A DNA stretch of 64,000 bases from Sulfurospirillaceae bacterium. GTDB taxonomy: Bacteria > Campylobacterota > Campylobacteria > Campylobacterales > Sulfurospirillaceae. Of the stretch, positions 59,473-64,000 are shown piece after piece. The notes below the pieces were generated by a model, which made no database searches, was not told where the DNA came from, and worked only from the letters and a program-made list of their open reading frames with translations. The translations under genes and the position numbers were made by a program. The stretch spans positions 1 to 64,000 of the forward strand of contig JAWVXD010000003.1 of NCBI GenBank assembly GCA_033723415.1, given 5' to 3'. Each line of letters opens with the position of its first letter. Position 1 is the first letter of the stretch.

Positions 59473-60420
59473 GTGAACAACAAGATTGAAGAGATAAAAA
59501 ATGAGATTGGAAAGATCATAGTAGGCCAAGAAGAATTGGTAGATTCGCTTTTAATAGGTCTTATAAGCGGAGGTCATATCTTGGTTGAAGGAGTCCCTGG
59601 TCTTGCCAAGACTACTGCTATAAATGCACTTTCAAAATCTTTGGGACTTAATTTTAAAAGGATACAATTTACTCCCGATCTACTTCCAAGCGATGTTGTT
59701 GGAACTGAAGTTTATAATCAAAAGGACTCTAGTTTTGTGATCAGAAAAGGTCCTATATTTACTAATCTTCTTTTGGCAGATGAGATAAATAGAGCTCCTG
59801 CAAAAGTACAATCTGCACTTTTAGAAGTTATGCAGGAAAAACAGATCACAATATCGGATACGACTTTCAAGCTAGATGAGCCGTTTTTAGTCATGGCTAC
59901 GGAAAACCCGGTTGAGCAAGAGGGTACATATAGACTTCCGGAAGCACAGTTGGACAGATTTATGCTTAAAGTAATGGTTGGATATAACACAATTGATGAA
60001 GAGTTTGATATCGTTCAAAGAGTTGCAAAAAACGGTTTTAAAGAAGTGCATCAGGTTGCCGGTATTAAAGATATATTGGATTTACGAGAAGAGTTAGACA
60101 ATGTTCATGTTGATGATGAGTTACAAAGATATATGTTGAAGATCGTTTTTGCGACAAGATATCCTCATAAGTATGGATTAGAGGACCTAAAAGATATGAT
60201 AGAGTTTGGCGCAAGTCCAAGAGCATCAATAGATATGTACAAAGCCAGTCGTGCTATGGCTCTTTTAAGAGGAAAAGATTTTGTTACTCCATTGGATGTA
60301 GCAAAAGTAGTTCATGGTATATTAAGACATAGAGTGATACTAAGCTACAAAGCAGAATCTGTTGGGATGACAACAGATGCGCTAATTCAAAAAATCATGA
60401 ATTCCATCAAAGCTCCGTAA
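59473..60420 (+). CDS. moxR: MoxR-family AAA+ ATPase
   Basis: EGVPGLAKT, IQFTPDLLPSD, ADEINR and LPEAQLDRF motifs. Confidence 0.95.
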   Translation: MNNKIEEIKNEIGKIIVGQEELVDSLLIGLISGGHILVEGVPGLAKTTAINALSKSLGLNFKRIQFTPDLLPSDVVGTEVYNQKDSSFVIRKGPIFTNLLLADEINRAPAKVQSALLEVMQEKQITISDTTFKLDEPFLVMATENPVEQEGTYRLPEAQLDRFMLKVMVGYNTIDEEFDIVQRVAKNGFKEVHQVAGIKDILDLREELDNVHVDDELQRYMLKIVFATRYPHKYGLEDLKDMIEFGASPRASIDMYKASRAMALLRGKDFVTPLDVAKVVHGILRHRVILSYKAESVGMTTDALIQKIMNSIKAP

Positions 60421-60432
60421 GGAGAAAATACG

Positions 60433-61263
60433 ATGGATAAAAAATTCAAGCAGATACTTTTAAAGGTTAAGAAAAAAGTTTTTACCGGAAACCTTGGAAA
60501 TAACTTAAGTACCTTTAAAGGGACAGGATTAGATTTTTCTGAGATCAAAGATTATGTAATCGGTGATGATGTAAGAACTATAAATTGGAAATCTTCAGCC
60601 AAAGGCTTAGGCGTAAAAGTAAATGTCTTTAATGAAGAAAGAGAATTGAACATAGTTGCCGTTTTTATGATAAACGGTTCGATCAATTTTGGTACAAAAC
60701 GAATTAAACAAGAGGTTATGGCCGAAATATTGGGTATTTTATCATATACAGCACTTCGAAACGGTGACAATTTAACGACACTTTTTTTTGATGAAAAATT
60801 GGAAAGATTATTTAAACCAACAAAAAATCTTGGTCTTATAGAAGATACTCTAAGACACTCTTTAGAAATTGATCCGATCCAAAAAAAAGTTGATATTGCG
60901 AATTTGTGTAATTTTATAAATAGTAGCTTAAAGAGGAAATCTCTCATATTCTTGATCGGTGATTTTTATGATGATGTTGATTTTTCCTCAATTTCACATA
61001 AAAATGAAGTATATGCATTGATCACTAGAGATAGATTTGAAGAAAATCCAAAGTTGAGCGGAGATATATCTTTGGTAGACCCGGTCTCTCTTGATGAAGA
61101 CAATATGAATCTAGACAAAGGCAATATAGAAGAATATAAAAAACTCATAGCAGATCATGATAAGAAAATTATGGAGCATTTCTTGATGCATAAGATAAAG
61201 TATGGGAAAATATATACCGATGATGATGTGTTTATTAAGATTTCTCAAATACTAAAGGGTTGA
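60433..61263 (+). CDS. DUF58 domain protein
   Basis: GLDFSEIKDYVIGDDVRTINWK motif. Confidence 0.9.
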   Translation: MDKKFKQILLKVKKKVFTGNLGNNLSTFKGTGLDFSEIKDYVIGDDVRTINWKSSAKGLGVKVNVFNEERELNIVAVFMINGSINFGTKRIKQEVMAEILGILSYTALRNGDNLTTLFFDEKLERLFKPTKNLGLIEDTLRHSLEIDPIQKKVDIANLCNFINSSLKRKSLIFLIGDFYDDVDFSSISHKNEVYALITRDRFEENPKLSGDISLVDPVSLDEDNMNLDKGNIEEYKKLIADHDKKIMEHFLMHKIKYGKIYTDDDVFIKISQILKG

Positions 61264-61264
61264 T

Positions 61265-61642
61265 ATGTTAGAAAAACTAAGAGATATTAAAGGGATTGTC
61301 CAAGTTACAGATTACTCTTTCATTTACCTTATAGCTATTTGCCTGATCATATTGTTAATTATTTCTATCGCAATTTATATGTATTTACAGCCAAGAAGAA
61401 GAAAAAAACCAACTCAAAAAGCATTATCATTGATGAAACTTAAAAATATAAATTTTGAAAATCAAAAAGATGTAGCTTATACATTTTGTTTAAATGCTAT
61501 ATATTTTTTAAATGAAAAGAATGAAAGTAAATACAGAGAACTAGCTGAAAAGCTAGAGATCTTTAAATATAAAAAAGAAATTCCTATGTTAGATATTGAT
61601 CTCAAGACAGAAATAAAAGATTTCATAGGAGGATTGAAGTAA
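61265..61642 (+). CDS. Small single-TM protein (DUF4381-like)
   Basis: LRDI motif plus TM; Bat operon position. Confidence 0.65.
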   Translation: MLEKLRDIKGIVQVTDYSFIYLIAICLIILLIISIAIYMYLQPRRRKKPTQKALSLMKLKNINFENQKDVAYTFCLNAIYFLNEKNESKYRELAEKLEIFKYKKEIPMLDIDLKTEIKDFIGGLK

Positions 61643-62539
61643 ATGTTAAATCAAATTGTTTTTGAATATCCTCTTGCTTTTCTTCTAGTCTTGATATTTA
61701 TCTTTTGCCAGATTTTTTGCAAGCAAAAAAATGATGCACTGTTTTTTCCAACCATAAGATTCCTAAAAAGAGCAACCAAAAAAAGTCTATTTTTAGACAA
61801 TATGATAAAATTTTTGATAATACTATCACTATCAACGGCCCTTGCTTCTCCAGTAATCCAAAATGAGATATCTATACAAAACGACAAAGGATATGAGATA
61901 TCCCTTATACTTGATGCAAGTGGATCAATGGCTGAGAATAATAAGTTTGGAGTCGTGAAACAAATAGTAGGCAACTTTTTGGATAAAAGGGTACATGACA
62001 AGATAGGACTTAGTATATTTGGTGATTTTGCCTATGTTGCAGTACCTTTAACATATGATAAAACAAGTATAAAAAGACTTCTAGCGAGAGTAGATGTAGG
62101 AGTTGCAGGAAGTCATGCTACGGCTTTGTATGAGGCTTTATTTTTAAGTTCAAATCTTTTTAAAAACTCTCATGCAAAGAAAAAGATCGCTATCTTGTTG
62201 ACTGACGGTATGAATAATGTAAACACGATACCTTTAGACGTTGCTCTAAAAACCGTCGAAAAATATGGCATCAAAGTTTATACTGTAGGTATAGGAAGAC
62301 CTGGAGATTTTAATCCCGTGATTTTGAAAAAGATAGCAGAGGAGAGCGGCGGCAAATTCTTTGAAGCAAATAGTGTTCAAAAACTCCAAGCTATATACAA
62401 CACTATTGATAAATTAGAAAAAAGTAAGATAAAGGCAAATAAATATATAAAGAAACAATATCTCTTTGCATACCCTCTTGCATTAGCATTGTTGCTGATG
62501 GTTATTCTCGTATATATCAGAAATAAGGAATCATTATGA
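61643..62539 (+). CDS. batA: vWA domain membrane protein (BatA-like)
   Basis: MIDAS DASGS, PLTYD, LLTDG and VYTVGIG motifs. Confidence 0.85.
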   Translation: MLNQIVFEYPLAFLLVLIFIFCQIFCKQKNDALFFPTIRFLKRATKKSLFLDNMIKFLIILSLSTALASPVIQNEISIQNDKGYEISLILDASGSMAENNKFGVVKQIVGNFLDKRVHDKIGLSIFGDFAYVAVPLTYDKTSIKRLLARVDVGVAGSHATALYEALFLSSNLFKNSHAKKKIAILLTDGMNNVNTIPLDVALKTVEKYGIKVYTVGIGRPGDFNPVILKKIAEESGGKFFEANSVQKLQAIYNTIDKLEKSKIKANKYIKKQYLFAYPLALALLLMVILVYIRNKESL

Positions 62540-63501
62540 TACATTTTGAACATATAGATTACTTATGGGGGATCGTTTTATTGTTGCCTCTATTTTATTT
62601 TTTGAAAAACAACAAAAACGCACTTGATTCTATTTTTTCAAGTGAAGTTTTACAAAAGATAAGGGTGAAAAACAGAGGTCTTAGTAAAAAGGTAAGAAAT
62701 ATTTTACTTATATTTTCTATGTTTTTTATGATCATAGCACTAGCAAGACCTTATATAGATAATGGAAGCATCAAGGTAAAATCAAGTTTTATAAATATAG
62801 TGACAGGATTTGATATCTCTAATTCAATGTTTGCAAATGATATATATCCAAGCAGATTTGATTTTGCCAAGCAAAAGTTTGATTTACTATTAAAAAGTTT
62901 GAAAAATGCAAGAGTCGGAGTTTTAGCTTTCAGTTCACGTGCATTTTTAGTAGCACCTCTAAGCGAAGATTATAATTCTCTCAAATTCTTGGTAAAGAAC
63001 ATGGGTATGAACAATATAAGCTTAAGAGGAACAGATATATTAAGTGCCTTGAGCGCGGCTCAAAATCTATATGGCAATGAAGAGAAAAAAGCCTTTTTGA
63101 TTTTTACAGATGGCGGTGATAATAAAAACTTTGATAAAGAGATAGCTTACGCGAAGAAACATCATATAGTCGTATTTATTTATAATATAGGAACAGACAA
63201 AGGAGGAGTTATCAAAACTCAAAACGGCGTCTTAAAAGATAAAAATGGAAATATTGTAGTTGTGAAAATAAATGAAAATATCAAACAACTAGCTCTACAA
63301 ACAGGTGGAGCTTATCTTCGATACTCATTATCCTCTAATGACATGAATGAATTGAGTAATGCTATAAAATCTAGATTCAAAGCTATCACAGCCAGAGAAG
63401 AGATTATCAAAGACAAAAAAGAGTTGTTTTACTATCCTCTTGGAGTTGCTATCGTGTTATTCTTCTTTGGTATTTTTTCTATTAATCGGAGGAAAAGATG
63501 A
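62536..63501 (+). CDS. batB: vWA domain membrane protein (BatB-like)
   Basis: ALARP, DISNSM..D..PSR and FTDG motifs. Confidence 0.82.
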   Translation: MIHFEHIDYLWGIVLLLPLFYFLKNNKNALDSIFSSEVLQKIRVKNRGLSKKVRNILLIFSMFFMIIALARPYIDNGSIKVKSSFINIVTGFDISNSMFANDIYPSRFDFAKQKFDLLLKSLKNARVGVLAFSSRAFLVAPLSEDYNSLKFLVKNMGMNNISLRGTDILSALSAAQNLYGNEEKKAFLIFTDGGDNKNFDKEIAYAKKHHIVVFIYNIGTDKGGVIKTQNGVLKDKNGNIVVVKINENIKQLALQTGGAYLRYSLSSNDMNELSNAIKSRFKAITAREEIIKDKKELFYYPLGVAIVLFFFGIFSINRRKR

Positions 63502-64000
63502 AAAGCCTGATTTTATTGTTTTGTACAATAGCTTTTTTGCATGCCGGTATTTTTGATTTTCTAGATGTTTCAAAAGCTAAAAAAAGTTATGAAAGTAAAG
63601 ATTATAAATCTGCAATACGATCATATAAAAAATTAGAAGGAAAGCAAGGCGCGGCATATGATCTTGCAAACAGTTATTATAAGAACAAACAATATAAACA
63701 AGCCTTGGAAGAGTATCAAAAAGTCACAGATAAAAGTTTGGAGTTCAAAAAGCTGCATAATATGGGAAATACATATGCACATCTTGGCAAGATTGATGAT
63801 GCGATCAAAAGCTATGAAAATGCTCTGAAGATTAAAAAAGACAAGGATACACAATATAATTTGGATCTATTGAAAAAGCAAAAAAAGAAACAACAAAAAA
63901 AGAAGAAAAAACAGCAGCAAAATAATAAAAAACAAAACAATAAAAATCAAAATAACAGTAAGCAAAACAACAAAAACAATAAGAATAATAAGAACAATCA
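63498..64000 (+). CDS. TPR protein (BatC-like), truncated by the window end and absent from the ORF track
   Basis: ATG 63498 overlaps the batB stop; reads MKSLILLF..YDLANSYYK..HNMGNTYAHLGKIDDAIKSYENAL, then a K/Q/N low-complexity tract. Confidence 0.85.
   Translation, partial: MKSLILLFCTIAFLHAGIFDFLDVSKAKKSYESKDYKSAIRSYKKLEGKQGAAYDLANSYYKNKQYKQALEEYQKVTDKSLEFKKLHNMGNTYAHLGKIDDAIKSYENALKIKKDKDTQYNLDLLKKQKKKQQKKKKKQQQNNKKQNNKNQNNSKQNNKNNKNNKNN

Noticed and set aside
63870..64000. Low-complexity AAC/AAT repeats
   Set aside because: Coding K/Q/N linker of the TPR protein, not a CRISPR or satellite
1..64000. CRISPR arrays, IS elements, integrases, prophage or defence genes; the remaining short antisense ORFs
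   Set aside because: None recognised; the short ORFs lie opposite or within well-supported genes and lack motifs

Overview
AT-rich chromosomal window from a Campylobacterota (Epsilonproteobacteria) bacterium, probably Sulfurospirillum/Sulfurimonas-like; the assignment rests on gene order, AHQWRQPL-type kinase, tRNA-Arg(GCG) and a cytochrome c-fused NosZ. The backbone is housekeeping: 5S rRNA, tRNA-Arg, murG-ftsW, sigma54-driven flgBC-fliE-ftsI, a gnnAB-like pair, alaS-maf-pbp1A, rmuC, glnA, cheZ-U32-purE-glyQ-waaA-rluA and ffh-rpsP-rimM-trmD-rplS. Accessory blocks are: (i) 9.9-12.3 kb, an HHH-motif outer-membrane beta-barrel + YceI + short Cys-rich AraC cassette with a candidate operator; (ii) 30.2-35.4 kb, a pentaheme cytochrome c, a Cys/Met PLP enzyme, DUF4395 and MATE; (iii) 39.2-58.6 kb, an extended clade II N2O-respiration island (nosZBDG-C1-C2-HFLY). 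The island continues into an uncharacterised NosL-paralogue/FtsX-LolD-type ABC/Cys-His membrane-protein module, a PAS protein and an Nss/DNR-type regulator. On its other side are a two-component system with a variant NarX P-box and two further NosL genes. Regulatory sites can be read directly from the DNA: two Crp/Fnr boxes at about -41.5 and 11-bp-period direct repeats. A MoxR/DUF58/vWA/TPR (Bat-like) operon runs off the right end. No CRISPR, transposase or integrase was seen. All calls come from motif recognition by eye, without database searches.
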